From a virus (Duplodnaviria > Heunggongvirae > Uroviricota > Caudoviricetes), in IMG/VR virus record IMGVR_UViG_3300045049_000270: a DNA stretch of 64,000 nucleotides. One strand, 5' to 3'. A program made the position numbers and the translations under genes. Below the pieces are notes generated by a model. It made no database searches. It had not been told where the DNA came from and was given only the letters and a program-made list of their open reading frames with translations. Shown here one piece after another: positions 38,232 to 48,650 of this stretch (the first letter of the stretch is position 1; every line of letters starts with the position of its first letter).

Positions 38232-41200
38232 ATGATCGATTTTAGTGAACTTGCCCTTGAAACCTTTCAGGTACTTCGTGCCTATGGTAAGGATATTGTA
38301 CTCTATGACGAAAATGGTAACCGAGTATTTGAACCATCAGACGCTCGCCGTTTCTATCTGTCGGATGACAACATCCTTGTCAGTGTGCTTGAAGATGGCG
38401 ATAACAGTTCGATCAAGGTTTACTTGAGTGGTAACATCACCATTGCAGAAGTTATGGAATTTGTGACAGTGCTTCGCCGCATTGCCACCCAATTTAATGT
38501 TCTGTTCAATGTGCGCAAGTACAACAAACAAATCGTGCCACGTGATTTCGCAACCCAAGCGGCGGTTCAAGAGCAACAGGAGTATTCTTCAATGAACATT
38601 ATGGAAGGTTTGTACGGTACGAGCAAGAGCTCGTACCTGAAGCTTGAAAATGCTCGAATGATCGTTCGTCATAGCGCTCGTGTTAAAGAAAACATGATCG
38701 GTGGACGTGGTCGTTCAATTCAGAGCATCTTCGTAGAAAACGCAAAGGGTGAACGTTTCTTGTTCCCTGTAAACGTTCTGTCAGGCGCCCGCGCGATGAC
38801 ACAACACGTTAACCACGGTGGCACATTTGCTGATGAAGTTGGACAGCAAATTATCCGTATGGCGCAAGATTTTTCAAATCTGGCAACCGTTGCTAATCAC
38901 ATTCATGTTAATCAAGATGCATTACCAGGCCAAGCCCTGAAAATGCGTGAATCGATTCGTGAAAGTGCAAAGGCGATCCGTCTAAGTTTTGAACGTATGT
39001 GTCGAGATTTACCAGCCTACATTCGTGAAAGCGAACGTATTACTGCCGCGCAATCTTTGACAGAGTCACCGGAAGCATTTAGTGAACGTGTTGAAATGTT
39101 ACGTTCCTTTTTGATGGTAGAAGGTGTTGAATTGGCGGATTCTGTTCTTGAAACAGTATGTCATCGTGTTGCTGTTGAAGAAGATATGCGCCCAAATGCA
39201 AATCCTTCTGATGGTGAAGAACCACAAGATGGCAATAACTATGCTGATCAACAACAAGAAAAGACTGCTGTTCAACCAAAGCAACCAATTAAGCCAATGA
39301 CTCCTGGTCAAAATCAAGACTCTGATGACAATGTGTATTCAGGCCAAGATGGTGCATTCCATGAAGATGAAGACATGGCAAATGCCGATCCAGACGAAGA
39401 ACTGGCTGAAGAAAACGAAGTAATTCGTGCATTTGAAGCATGGATGGATGAATTTAATCCTGATTCAATGTTTGAGGGTAAGTCATACAAGCACAACGAT
39501 GACGACGAAGAGTCTGCTGACGAGAAGAAAAAGCAAGACAAGGAACGCCGTGAAGAGCGCGAAAACAAGAAGCGTACTGACGAATCAGTTGAAGAATTGA
39601 AAGCTAAGGTGGAAAAGCTGTCAAAAGAATATGCTGATTGTGATGACTTCCCAACAGCACGCCATGAAATCAAGGCTGAGTTGGATAAAGCGAAGGAAGA
39701 ACTGGCTAAGGCTGAATCTCTGGAAGAAGGCAAATCATTCAAGCGTAACAAGGATGAAGACGCCGACGACAAGAAGAAGCAAGACAAGCAACGTCGTGAC
39801 GATCAAAAGGGTAAGCAAGAACGTACTGACGAAAGCGTTTATGGTGCTAAGTGGTTCAAGAACAAAGGTCAATGGCTAGATGCTGTTCATCACATCAATG
39901 TTGATGACGACAATGGTTCAGCTGCTTCTTACGGTGGTAAGCTAGTAGCAAAATGGTATGATGACCGCAATGAAGGTTGGGTAAGCGATGCCCACATGCA
40001 TGTATCAGAAGGAAATATAGAAGAAATGAGATTCCACGAACTTAATGCAATGCTCGAGGGTAAGAGCTTCAAGCGTAATAAAGATGACGATGCAGATCAA
40101 AAGAAGAAAGATGATCAAAAGCGTCGTGAAGAACGTCGTAAAGAACCTGTCGAAGAAGGTAAATCCTTCAAACGTAATGATGACGAAGACGGTGATGTAA
40201 AGCAAAAGCGCAAGGAAGACCAAAAACGTCGTGAAGAACGCAAGCAAGAACCCGTTGAAGAAGGCAAGAGCTTTAAGCGTAATAAGGATGACGACGCTGA
40301 CGCGAAGAAGAAGGAAGATCAAAAACGCCGTGAAGAAAAGCGTCGTGAGCCAGTAGAAGAAGCTGAAAACATTAAGAAGGGTGCTTTCCATAAGTGGCTG
40401 GGCAAGTCAGAAAACTCACCAATTACTGATGCTGATATCAAGAAGGGCCTCAACTCACGTGATCCACATGCTCGCAAGATGGCACAATTTGCCAAGAACA
40501 TGGAAAAGGCACATGAGTCTGTAGAAATGGACGAAGGCAAATCATTCAAACGTAATGATGAAGAATCAAAAGGTAAGAAGGATAAGCATGAAGAGCGTCG
40601 CAAAGCACGAGAAGAAAAGAAGCGTACTGACGAAGCCGTAAGTCCTACCACAATGGAAGTTCTTCGCGACCATGGTTACGATGTTGAATTTGTTCCATCA
40701 CATATGCGTAATAACGATGATTATCGTCATGATCAGTGGACAGTTACACACATGGGTGAATATAGTGACTTCCCAGATGTGATTGGCAAGGTTTATGATC
40801 AAGATGAGGGTTGGGAATTGGCTGCTAGACATTTCCAGAAATCCGGTGGGATGACACCAAGCACTGGTGCTGAACTGGGTGAAGGCAAGAGCTTTAAACG
40901 TAACGATGACGACGATGCTCAATCCAAGAAGGAAAAGGATCAAGAACGTCGTAAAGCACGTGATGAAAAGCGTCGTACAGACGAAGGTGCCAAATTCGAA
41001 ATGGGCCCACTTGACATTGAATATGCGTTCCCATCTGGTGGCAAATACGGCTTCTCGAATGAAGCTGATGGTTGCTACTATACTGATGGTGTAAAAGTTT
41101 GGAAGGGTGAACGCATTAGTCCTTACGCTGAGGACTTCTTGGAACGCTCAGCGGCGAATCTTATAGCACAGATGAAAGAATTAATGAAAGCTGGTGCATT

Positions 41201-41897
41201 GCAAGAAGTTGATGGTGAGATTGATGAAGCATCAGACCTCAGCTTCAACGATGCTAAGGCTGAACTGCCACAAGTCAAGGATAAACTTAGCAAGATGAGT
41301 CCATTCCATCCTGATTATATCAAGATGAAGGCACGTCTGAATAAATTGCAAGACCGTCTGTCACGTATGCAAGATGACGAATTGGATGAAGACGATATGC
41401 ATCACGAACAATGGCACGTTTTCGATCATAATGATAATCCAGTTGATGGTCCATTCGGTAGCAAGGAAGAAGCAGAACAACGTTGCCGCCGTGGCGAATA
41501 TCCAAAGTTCACTGGTCGCCATGTTTCCGAAGCGTCAGATATCAGCTTCAATGATGCAAAGGCTGAACTACCAGATGTCAAAGATCGTCTGAAGAAGATG
41601 AATCCTTTTCACCCAGATTACGTGAAAACAAAGGCACGTCATGACAAGCTGCAAGATCGCTTGGCACGTAATGGTGGCGACGAAGAAACAGATGAAAGTT
41701 ATGTTTCTGGCACAGCTGGTTATTCTGGTGACACTTCAGACGTTATCGAAGATTTGTGCAAAGACGATTTCATTATGCCACGTGATCAAGCTCATGGCTT
41801 AGCTGATGAAGTTGAAGCTAAGGATAAGGACGGTCATCCGGTAGATCAAGCTATGATTGATCGCATGCGTACACTTGCTGGTTTGAACAAAATCTAA
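38232..41897 (+). CDS. Large head-associated repeat protein (probable polyprotein)
   Basis: ATAAATA at 38196; globular N-terminus (GERF, GARAM), 7 EGKS(F/Y)K(R/H)N repeats, 2 ASDxSFNDAKAELP repeats, C-terminal RMRTLAGL. Confidence 0.8.
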   Translation: MIDFSELALETFQVLRAYGKDIVLYDENGNRVFEPSDARRFYLSDDNILVSVLEDGDNSSIKVYLSGNITIAEVMEFVTVLRRIATQFNVLFNVRKYNKQIVPRDFATQAAVQEQQEYSSMNIMEGLYGTSKSSYLKLENARMIVRHSARVKENMIGGRGRSIQSIFVENAKGERFLFPVNVLSGARAMTQHVNHGGTFADEVGQQIIRMAQDFSNLATVANHIHVNQDALPGQALKMRESIRESAKAIRLSFERMCRDLPAYIRESERITAAQSLTESPEAFSERVEMLRSFLMVEGVELADSVLETVCHRVAVEEDMRPNANPSDGEEPQDGNNYADQQQEKTAVQPKQPIKPMTPGQNQDSDDNVYSGQDGAFHEDEDMANADPDEELAEENEVIRAFEAWMDEFNPDSMFEGKSYKHNDDDEESADEKKKQDKERREERENKKRTDESVEELKAKVEKLSKEYADCDDFPTARHEIKAELDKAKEELAKAESLEEGKSFKRNKDEDADDKKKQDKQRRDDQKGKQERTDESVYGAKWFKNKGQWLDAVHHINVDDDNGSAASYGGKLVAKWYDDRNEGWVSDAHMHVSEGNIEEMRFHELNAMLEGKSFKRNKDDDADQKKKDDQKRREERRKEPVEEGKSFKRNDDEDGDVKQKRKEDQKRREERKQEPVEEGKSFKRNKDDDADAKKKEDQKRREEKRREPVEEAENIKKGAFHKWLGKSENSPITDADIKKGLNSRDPHARKMAQFAKNMEKAHESVEMDEGKSFKRNDEESKGKKDKHEERRKAREEKKRTDEAVSPTTMEVLRDHGYDVEFVPSHMRNNDDYRHDQWTVTHMGEYSDFPDVIGKVYDQDEGWELAARHFQKSGGMTPSTGAELGEGKSFKRNDDDDAQSKKEKDQERRKARDEKRRTDEGAKFEMGPLDIEYAFPSGGKYGFSNEADGCYYTDGVKVWKGERISPYAEDFLERSAANLIAQMKELMKAGALQEVDGEIDEASDLSFNDAKAELPQVKDKLSKMSPFHPDYIKMKARLNKLQDRLSRMQDDELDEDDMHHEQWHVFDHNDNPVDGPFGSKEEAEQRCRRGEYPKFTGRHVSEASDISFNDAKAELPDVKDRLKKMNPFHPDYVKTKARHDKLQDRLARNGGDEETDESYVSGTAGYSGDTSDVIEDLCKDDFIMPRDQAHGLADEVEAKDKDGHPVDQAMIDRMRTLAGLNKI

Positions 41898-41928
41898 TTT
41901 TGACGTACTAAGTAGGTGGCAGTAACCT

Positions 41929-41964
41929 GGCATATGGTGTGGAAAATGCACCATATGCCTTTCT
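41929..41964 (+). terminator. Terminator
   Basis: GGCATATGGTGT/GCACCATATGCC followed by TTTCT. Confidence 0.75.
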
Positions 41965-42000
41965 ATTTGATATTTCGAAATCGAAAAAGAATTAAGGAAG

Positions 42001-42207
42001 ATAAATAGAAATGTCGGCGCAAAAAAACAATTTGCGGCGTCTAGGCAAAGACAGTTACACTAGAAGTACTTAAAGAAAGCGGCAAAGTAAAGGCAAACTA
42101 AATTATAAAACTTTTATTTTGCAGTTTAAGAGCTGTTAGCGTAAACTGTAAGAAGTAGGCAACTACAAATTACAACAAATAAACAACAAAAATAAAGGCA
42201 AAACAAA
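42001..42207 (+). promoter_or_regulatory. Late promoter and long A-rich leader of the ssDNA-binding protein gene
   Basis: ATAAATA at 42001, repeated (A)GGCAA, a stem-loop near 42119..42151, then an unstructured A/C tract. Confidence 0.6.
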
Positions 42208-43179
42208 ATGGCATCCCTTCAAGAAATTCAAGCAAAGCTTCTCGAACAAGCAAACAAGTCAACTGGCGAACGTCCAAACCAGAGCACTGGTGATAACGCT
42301 TCGTATCCTTTCTGGAATACTCCAGAAAACGCAACTTCCCAACTTCGTTTCCTTCCTGATGGTGATCAGGACAATACGTTTTTCTGGCAAGAACGTCAGA
42401 TCATCAAGCTGCCTTTCAGCGGCGTTGTTGGTCAATCGGACAACGAAGTAACCGTGCAAGTTCCTTGCGTTGATATGTTCGGTGATCGTTGCCCAATTAC
42501 TGAAGCCATCCGCCCATGGTGGAAGGACGACAGCAAGAAGGATTTGGCTCGCGTTTACTACAAGAAGAAGAGCTACCTGTTCCAAGGCTTCGTTGTAAAC
42601 AGCGCATTCGAAGAACAGAATGTCCCAGAAAATCCAATTCGTCGTTTTATCATCAACCCAAGCATTTATGAAATCATCAAGAATTCATTGATGAATCCAG
42701 AAATGGAAGATCTACCAACCGACTTTATCGGTGGTCGTGACTTCAAGTTGACGAAGACAAAGAAGGGCGAATATGCGAACTATTCAACATCACAATGGTC
42801 ATTCAAGGTTCGTGCTTTGAACGAAGCAGAATTGAGTGCAATTGACCAATATGGTTTGTGGAACCTGAAGGAATTCCTGGGCGCCCGTCCAGACCGTGAC
42901 GGTATCGACATGATCAAGGCGATGTTTGAAGACAGCTTGGCTGGTCGGCCATTCGACATGGCAAGCTACGGTTCTGTATATCGCCCACAAGGTGCATTTA
43001 AGCAAGGTGGCGCTACTGCACCAGCAGCTTCAACAGCGCGTTACTCAGCACCAGCTGCCAGCGATGACACTCACGAAGAGTCATATGCTCCAGCACCAGC
43101 GGCTGCCCCAGCAGCATCAAGCGCAAAGCCAAACGCACAGGATATCCTAGCGCGTATTAAGGCTCGCACATCTAACTAA
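42208..43179 (+). CDS. gp32: Single-stranded DNA-binding protein (T4 gp32-like)
   Basis: LRFLPD, C...CPI, GRDFKLTK, ANYSTS; located upstream of uvsX. Confidence 0.9.
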   Translation: MASLQEIQAKLLEQANKSTGERPNQSTGDNASYPFWNTPENATSQLRFLPDGDQDNTFFWQERQIIKLPFSGVVGQSDNEVTVQVPCVDMFGDRCPITEAIRPWWKDDSKKDLARVYYKKKSYLFQGFVVNSAFEEQNVPENPIRRFIINPSIYEIIKNSLMNPEMEDLPTDFIGGRDFKLTKTKKGEYANYSTSQWSFKVRALNEAELSAIDQYGLWNLKEFLGARPDRDGIDMIKAMFEDSLAGRPFDMASYGSVYRPQGAFKQGGATAPAASTARYSAPAASDDTHEESYAPAPAAAPAASSAKPNAQDILARIKARTSN

Positions 43180-43264
43180 TTCATATTAGTTCAAGATTAA
43201 AGGGAAGCAGGCAACTGCTTCCCGATGCGCTTATCACACCAAAATAGGCAAAGAATAATAACAA

Positions 43265-44338
43265 ATGAAAGCGATTGACATTTCCAAGTTTCGTAAATCA
43301 ATCACTAGTGCAATTAACGGCATTAGTGTTGGTTTTAATGATCCACAGACGTGGGTCAGTACTGGTAACTATGCGCTGAACTATTTGATCTCAAGCGACT
43401 TCTTCAAGGGTGTACCACTTGGTAAGTCAACGATGTTTGCGGGTCAATCTGGTTCAGGTAAGTCATTCCTGGTATCAGGCAACATCGTGCGTGAAGCACA
43501 AAAGCAAGGTATTTTTGTGGTCTTGATCGACACTGAAAATGCACTTGATGAAGCATGGCTGAAGGCACTTGACGTAGACACATCGGAAGACAAACTGATG
43601 CGTATCAGCGCAGCTATGATTGATGATGTGGCTAAGATTATTAGCGACTTCATGAAAGAATACAAAGCAATGTACAAAGACGTTCCACGCGATGAACGGC
43701 AAAAGGTGATGTTCATCGTTGACTCACTGGGTATGTTGATGACGCCAACTGATGTTGATCAATTTGAACGTGGTGAATTGAAGGGTGACATGGGTCGCAA
43801 GCCAAAGGCACTGAAAGCATTGGTGACAAATGTTACTAATATGTTTGGTGAATACGATGTTGGTTTGGTCACAACTAACCACTCTTATGCTTCACAAGAT
43901 ATGTTTGATCCTGATGACAAGATCTCTGGTGGCCAGGGTGTTGTTTATGCTGCTTCAATTGTAGTTGCCATGCAGAAACGTAAACTGAAGGAAGATGCCG
44001 AAGGTAATAAGACGTCAGAAGTAATGGGCATTCGTGCAGCTATTAAGGTGATGAAGTCACGTTATGCTAAGCCATTCGAAGCAATGGAAGTAAAGATCCC
44101 ATACGATACTGGTATGGATCCATATTCTGGTTTGATCGAATTGTTTGAAAGCAAGGGAGTATTGCAAAAAGATGGCAATAAGCTAAAATATGTGGCTACT
44201 GACGGAACTGAACACAAGATGTTCCGTAAGCAAATCACTGATGAACTGCTCATGCAAATCATGCTTGAGTGGAATCACAAGCTTGCTGCTGATGAAGCAA
44301 ATCTCCAAGATCCAGTTGTCGAGGATGATAGCGAATGA
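43265..44338 (+). CDS. uvsX: RecA-like recombinase UvsX
   Basis: STGNYALN, GQSGSGKS, IDTENA, IVDSLG, SGGQG. Confidence 0.96.
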   Translation: MKAIDISKFRKSITSAINGISVGFNDPQTWVSTGNYALNYLISSDFFKGVPLGKSTMFAGQSGSGKSFLVSGNIVREAQKQGIFVVLIDTENALDEAWLKALDVDTSEDKLMRISAAMIDDVAKIISDFMKEYKAMYKDVPRDERQKVMFIVDSLGMLMTPTDVDQFERGELKGDMGRKPKALKALVTNVTNMFGEYDVGLVTTNHSYASQDMFDPDDKISGGQGVVYAASIVVAMQKRKLKEDAEGNKTSEVMGIRAAIKVMKSRYAKPFEAMEVKIPYDTGMDPYSGLIELFESKGVLQKDGNKLKYVATDGTEHKMFRKQITDELLMQIMLEWNHKLAADEANLQDPVVEDDSE

Positions 44339-44598
44339 GCATCGAGGTTGAAGTTGATTTGTTTCTAGAACTTTGGGATTCTGTAAAAGACTTCATCCCT
44401 GCAAAGTCACGTGACGATGTTGCTGAGGAATTCCTCAGCACATTAGTGAATTTCGGGGTTGATGCCAAAGAACTGGGCATTATTGCGGAAGAAGACCGCA
44501 ATCTGCATAATGCGTATGAAGCTATGTATGGCCAGGAAATCGTTGACGAAGATGAAGAAGACGATGGTGGTGATTATAGTGAACTGAACTTCGATTAA
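44335..44598 (+). CDS. Hypothetical acidic protein
   Basis: Coupled ORF between uvsX and uvsY. Confidence 0.75.
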   Translation: MSIEVEVDLFLELWDSVKDFIPAKSRDDVAEEFLSTLVNFGVDAKELGIIAEEDRNLHNAYEAMYGQEIVDEDEEDDGGDYSELNFD

Positions 44599-44609
44599 AA
44601 GGAAAAATA

Positions 44610-45077
44610 ATGAGCGGGTGGTATGGCCGTATTACTGCGGATCCAGAAGATCTGACGCCACTCGTCGAGTGTTTGCTCCATTACGAACAAGAGCATGAAG
44701 AAGCACTCGCCGAGGTTAAAACAAAAGGCAAGATCGAACACATTTCAAAACAGATACCAGGTTGGTCTGCGTATCGTTTTGCACAATTGCAAGAGCTTGA
44801 AGCGGTCCTTGAATATTTGAATATTCAATTGCGAAAAGTAAAGGGTGAACGTTATCAGTTTTATATGGAAAAGTATGCACGACAACTAACCAGTCGTGAT
44901 GCTGACAAGTATGCTGATGCTGATCCAAAAGTTCTCGATCTTGCACTGCTCATTAACCAAGTTGCGTTAACACGTAATAAGTTCCTTGCAATCATGAAAG
45001 GATTAGAATGTTTGAATTGGCAAATTTCAAACATTGTAAAATTGCGTGTGGCTGGAATCGAGGACGCGACTATCTAA
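44610..45077 (+). CDS. uvsY: Recombination mediator UvsY-like
   Basis: Helical protein ending IVKLRVAGIED; downstream of uvsX. Confidence 0.8.
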   Translation: MSGWYGRITADPEDLTPLVECLLHYEQEHEEALAEVKTKGKIEHISKQIPGWSAYRFAQLQELEAVLEYLNIQLRKVKGERYQFYMEKYARQLTSRDADKYADADPKVLDLALLINQVALTRNKFLAIMKGLECLNWQISNIVKLRVAGIEDATI

Positions 45078-45325
45078 GTGGTTCGGGGTTTAATTTTGTT
45101 CCATTGGCTTTCCCAAATGGTGATAAGGTTAAATCCCGCTTCTTTCAATCTGGCTTCTCTATCTAATGTTTCTCGATATAGTTGGCCAAATGTCTTGCCG
45201 TTAGAACCATTTATGGCATTAGAATCAAAGCATTCTAAATTGCCGTGCCAATAATCACTATAAAATTCATAAATTGTGTTTGTGTGATAATCAATCGCAT
45301 CCTCCTCTTGGTGAGGGTGAATCAA
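45074..45325 (-). pseudogene. Vsr/DUF559-like endonuclease remnant
   Basis: YEFYSDYWHGN and GFNLITIWE C-terminal motifs; N-terminal part missing. Confidence 0.65.
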
Positions 45326-45446
45326 TTGACTGGACTTGGAACGGGTATTGGCTAGAAGTTGATGACAATGTTGCCCTTCAGTTAAAGATCATGTTCCCAA
45401 CGATTTTCTTCCGCACACATCATATGCCAGATCTCAAGCGATAGGC

Positions 45447-45475
45447 TTGTTGCCAGTTGATTTCTTCGCTATACT
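45447..45475 (+). promoter_or_regulatory. Sigma70-like promoter
   Basis: TTGTTG-17 nt-TATACT. Confidence 0.55.
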
Positions 45476-45499
45476 GTGGCACATTTTGGGAATACACGA

Positions 45500-46150
45500 A
45501 TGCTCACAGTTGAAGATTTGCTAGACGGCCTTTATGAATTGGCATCGAACTGCATTGAACGCGATGCTTGGAAAACGAATTTCATCTACAATGTGTATAG
45601 TAGCGTTAATACTTCGCCTGGGCGAGCTCTTTCAACGGCGCAAGCTAATGTCATTCTGAAGCTTGCCCGTCAACATACTAGCAATCTAGCGAACCACCAG
45701 AAATGGAAGGTTGCTGATATTCAGGCTGCCATTAGTCGGCCGCAGTACAAAACTCCTCCAGTCCAAAGTCAAAATATTCCACGCGAGGTTCGATATCTTG
45801 GCGGAAATAAATTAGCCTTCAGGTTCAAGATGGACGAAACCGTCACACGTGAACTGAAAGCGCTGCGAAATTCACATCCAAGTGAAAAAGCATTTTTCAA
45901 TCGAAAGTATCGCGTTTGGGTTGTAACCGTATCTCCAGTAAACTTAGAAGCAGTCCAGGGAATCATCGCCCGGCATAAGTTTGCATACGAACAAGCGACT
46001 TTGGAATTCTTCATGCGGATGACGAACGGCAAAGATGCCTTACCTTCGATAAGGTACAATAACGACACTGGCAATCTTGTTTTCACTATTCCCAACAATC
46101 CTGTTTTGGCTCAATTGGTTGAAGCTTGCATGGGTGGCATCACACAATGA
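45500..46150 (+). CDS. Hypothetical protein with possible HARP-like domain
   Basis: FRFKMD...LK.L...FFNRKYRVWVV pattern. Confidence 0.65.
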   Translation: MLTVEDLLDGLYELASNCIERDAWKTNFIYNVYSSVNTSPGRALSTAQANVILKLARQHTSNLANHQKWKVADIQAAISRPQYKTPPVQSQNIPREVRYLGGNKLAFRFKMDETVTRELKALRNSHPSEKAFFNRKYRVWVVTVSPVNLEAVQGIIARHKFAYEQATLEFFMRMTNGKDALPSIRYNNDTGNLVFTIPNNPVLAQLVEACMGGITQ

Positions 46151-47001
46151 ATGTATTGGAACTTGTACCAACACCAGCGAACGCACGTCGCATCAAGCGT
46201 TTGATGTCAATCATGAATCTGAGCGTAGATCCAGTAGTTGCTGATTTGGCAGAGCTTGATGTATTTGATGCAGCCGCAGCTTTTGATGCACTTCCTCCTA
46301 CTCAAAGATCGATTGCCGCTTCTAAATTTACAAGTGTTGTAAGTTACCTTGCTGATTACAATTGGCGAGGAATGATTGTCGCTAATGATGATCTGGAGTT
46401 ATTGAAAGCACAGTTGCTAACTGCCTTGGTAAGTGGGTTGCGACCAATAAGCATTGTCACAGTTGATAGCAGCAACCGTAAGATTGAGGCTATCACATCG
46501 AAATTGAATTCGTTGAATATTGATTACGAAGTAATTGATGATCGCTTTTCTGGTCTTACCAAAGACGTTGTGGTCGTCTCTCCGATCAATCTTACGCATG
46601 CGGTACTTCGTGAGCTGCGAAAGGGCATATGTATCAACCAATCAACTAATATTTGTGCTCCAAACTATCCTCTTTACCCTTCACCAGGGCAAAAAATTAA
46701 TAAACTGGTGAATTATGAATTGCTCGGAATGGAGTTTGAACATTTGATTTTAGGTATTGCCGAAAATCAATTTGAGCATCGTTACTCGCAAGATCATTAT
46801 TACCAAAAGAAGCAAATTCTTCATTGGTACGAGACTAAGAATTTCTGTAATGCTCTGTCGGCGCTGCATCCAGAACAGAACTTCGGCGAATTGTTTGATG
46901 TTGGTAATAACCAATTCATACAAAAGCGCGGTTTCATTCTTTCTGCACCTGACCACTTTGCCAAAATCATTGGTATCAATCTAGACCTTCTGAACGCATA
47001 A
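46147..47001 (+). CDS. Hypothetical protein, possibly a degenerate SNF2-type ATPase lobe
   Basis: ATGA-coupled; RGMIVANDDLELLKAQLL resembles a decayed ILADEMGLGKTxQ. Confidence 0.6.
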   Translation: MNVLELVPTPANARRIKRLMSIMNLSVDPVVADLAELDVFDAAAAFDALPPTQRSIAASKFTSVVSYLADYNWRGMIVANDDLELLKAQLLTALVSGLRPISIVTVDSSNRKIEAITSKLNSLNIDYEVIDDRFSGLTKDVVVVSPINLTHAVLRELRKGICINQSTNICAPNYPLYPSPGQKINKLVNYELLGMEFEHLILGIAENQFEHRYSQDHYYQKKQILHWYETKNFCNALSALHPEQNFGELFDVGNNQFIQKRGFILSAPDHFAKIIGINLDLLNA

Positions 47002-47010
47002 TTTTGCGAG

Positions 47011-47038
47011 CGAAGAGCCATCAATTGATGGCTCTTCG
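47011..47038. terminator. Palindromic stem-loop
   Basis: CGAAGAGCCATCAA/TTGATGGCTCTTCG perfect palindrome. Confidence 0.6.
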
Positions 47039-47129
47039 TACATTTTGCTGAAAGTGAATAGGTGGTTATAGAATACCACCTATTAGAACTGGAATTAACC
47101 AGTTCCTTTTGTGCAAAAAGTACATAAGA

Positions 47130-48650
47130 ATGTCACAAAAAGTAGTTCTTAAAATTGAGGACGAGGTCAACATCAAGTTTATCGATCTTGATCCTCATAC
47201 TCGAAGAAAGATTGTCGAAGGTCTAAAATATTTCATGCCTCATGCTCGTCATACTCCAGCTTATAAGCTGGGTAGATGGGATGGTACAGTCAGTTTTGCC
47301 ACAGTTGGCGGCGCTTCATATCTCAATCTTCTAGATAGAATTCTTCCTATTCTAGCTGAGAGCGGCTACGATCTTGAACGTGATCTAGAAATTATCGATG
47401 AACGACCTGTTTGGGATTTCCAATTTGATGAAATCGACGAAGAAGTAGTAGCCGAACGCAAATGGCCAGCAGGTCATCCAGCAGAGGGCGAACCAATTAT
47501 GTTGCGTGACTACCAAGTCACAGCAATTAACACGTTTCTAAAGAACACACAATGCATACAAGAGATTAGTACGGGTGCGGGAAAAACTCTTCTCACTGCG
47601 GTGATGAGTTTGATGGCGGAAAAATATGGCCGTTCAATCGTTATCGTACCATCGAAGTCATTGGTTGTTCAAACTGAAGTCGATTACAAGAACATGGGTC
47701 TTGATGTTGGCGTTTACTATGGTGAACGCAAAGAACTCAATCGCACTCATACAATTTCAACTTGGCAATCACTCGCAGCATTGATGAAGAAAACAGCGGC
47801 AGGTGAAGCTGATGAATACACGATTGGTGAATTCCTTGAAGGTATGGTCGCCGTAATCGTTGACGAAGTTCACTCAGCTAAGTCAAACGATTTGAAGACA
47901 TTACTGACTGGTCCTCTGGCAAACGTGCCGTTGCGTTGGGGAGTTACTGGTACAGTACCTAAAGACGAAATCGACAAGGTAAGCATTAAGGTCGGTCTTG
48001 GTGACGTCGTAGGGCATATCACAGCAGCAGAATTACAAGAGAAAGGTGTGCTGTCACAATGTGACGTGAATATCGTGCAATTGGATGACGATCACGTTGA
48101 ACATAGTTCCTATGCTGAAGAGCATGACTATTTGGTCAGCGATAAAAGGCGTATGGAATGGATCGCGAAGTTCTCACAGAAGGTCAATCAGGATGGCAAC
48201 ACACTTATTCTAGTTGCTAAGGTGGAAACTGGTCATATGTTGCAGGGCATGATTCCAGATAGTGTATTCGTATATGGCCAGACTAAGAATTCAGAACGGT
48301 TTGAACAATATGAAGAAGTAAATACGTCATCAAACAAAATCATTATTGCCACATATGGTGTGGCGGCTGTGGGGATTAACATTCCACGTATTTTCAATCT
48401 GGTTTTAGTTGAACCTGGTAAGAGTTTTGTTCGTGTCATTCAAAGTATTGGCCGTGGCATTCGTAAAGCCAAGGACAAAGACTACGTCGCGATTTTCGAC
48501 ATTACTAGTACTCTCAAGTATAGTACACGACATCTATCGAAGCGTAAGACCTTTTACCGGGAGGCGAACTATCCATTTAATACGACAAAGGTAAAATACC
48601 TTACAGATTTAAATGGCGAAACATTAGAATTGAATAAGAAGAAAAAATAA
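47130..48650 (+). CDS. uvsW: SF2 helicase UvsW
   Basis: WDG, RDYQ, TGAGKT, DEVH, TGT, QSIGRGIR. Confidence 0.95.
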   Translation: MSQKVVLKIEDEVNIKFIDLDPHTRRKIVEGLKYFMPHARHTPAYKLGRWDGTVSFATVGGASYLNLLDRILPILAESGYDLERDLEIIDERPVWDFQFDEIDEEVVAERKWPAGHPAEGEPIMLRDYQVTAINTFLKNTQCIQEISTGAGKTLLTAVMSLMAEKYGRSIVIVPSKSLVVQTEVDYKNMGLDVGVYYGERKELNRTHTISTWQSLAALMKKTAAGEADEYTIGEFLEGMVAVIVDEVHSAKSNDLKTLLTGPLANVPLRWGVTGTVPKDEIDKVSIKVGLGDVVGHITAAELQEKGVLSQCDVNIVQLDDDHVEHSSYAEEHDYLVSDKRRMEWIAKFSQKVNQDGNTLILVAKVETGHMLQGMIPDSVFVYGQTKNSERFEQYEEVNTSSNKIIIATYGVAAVGINIPRIFNLVLVEPGKSFVRVIQSIGRGIRKAKDKDYVAIFDITSTLKYSTRHLSKRKTFYREANYPFNTTKVKYLTDLNGETLELNKKKK

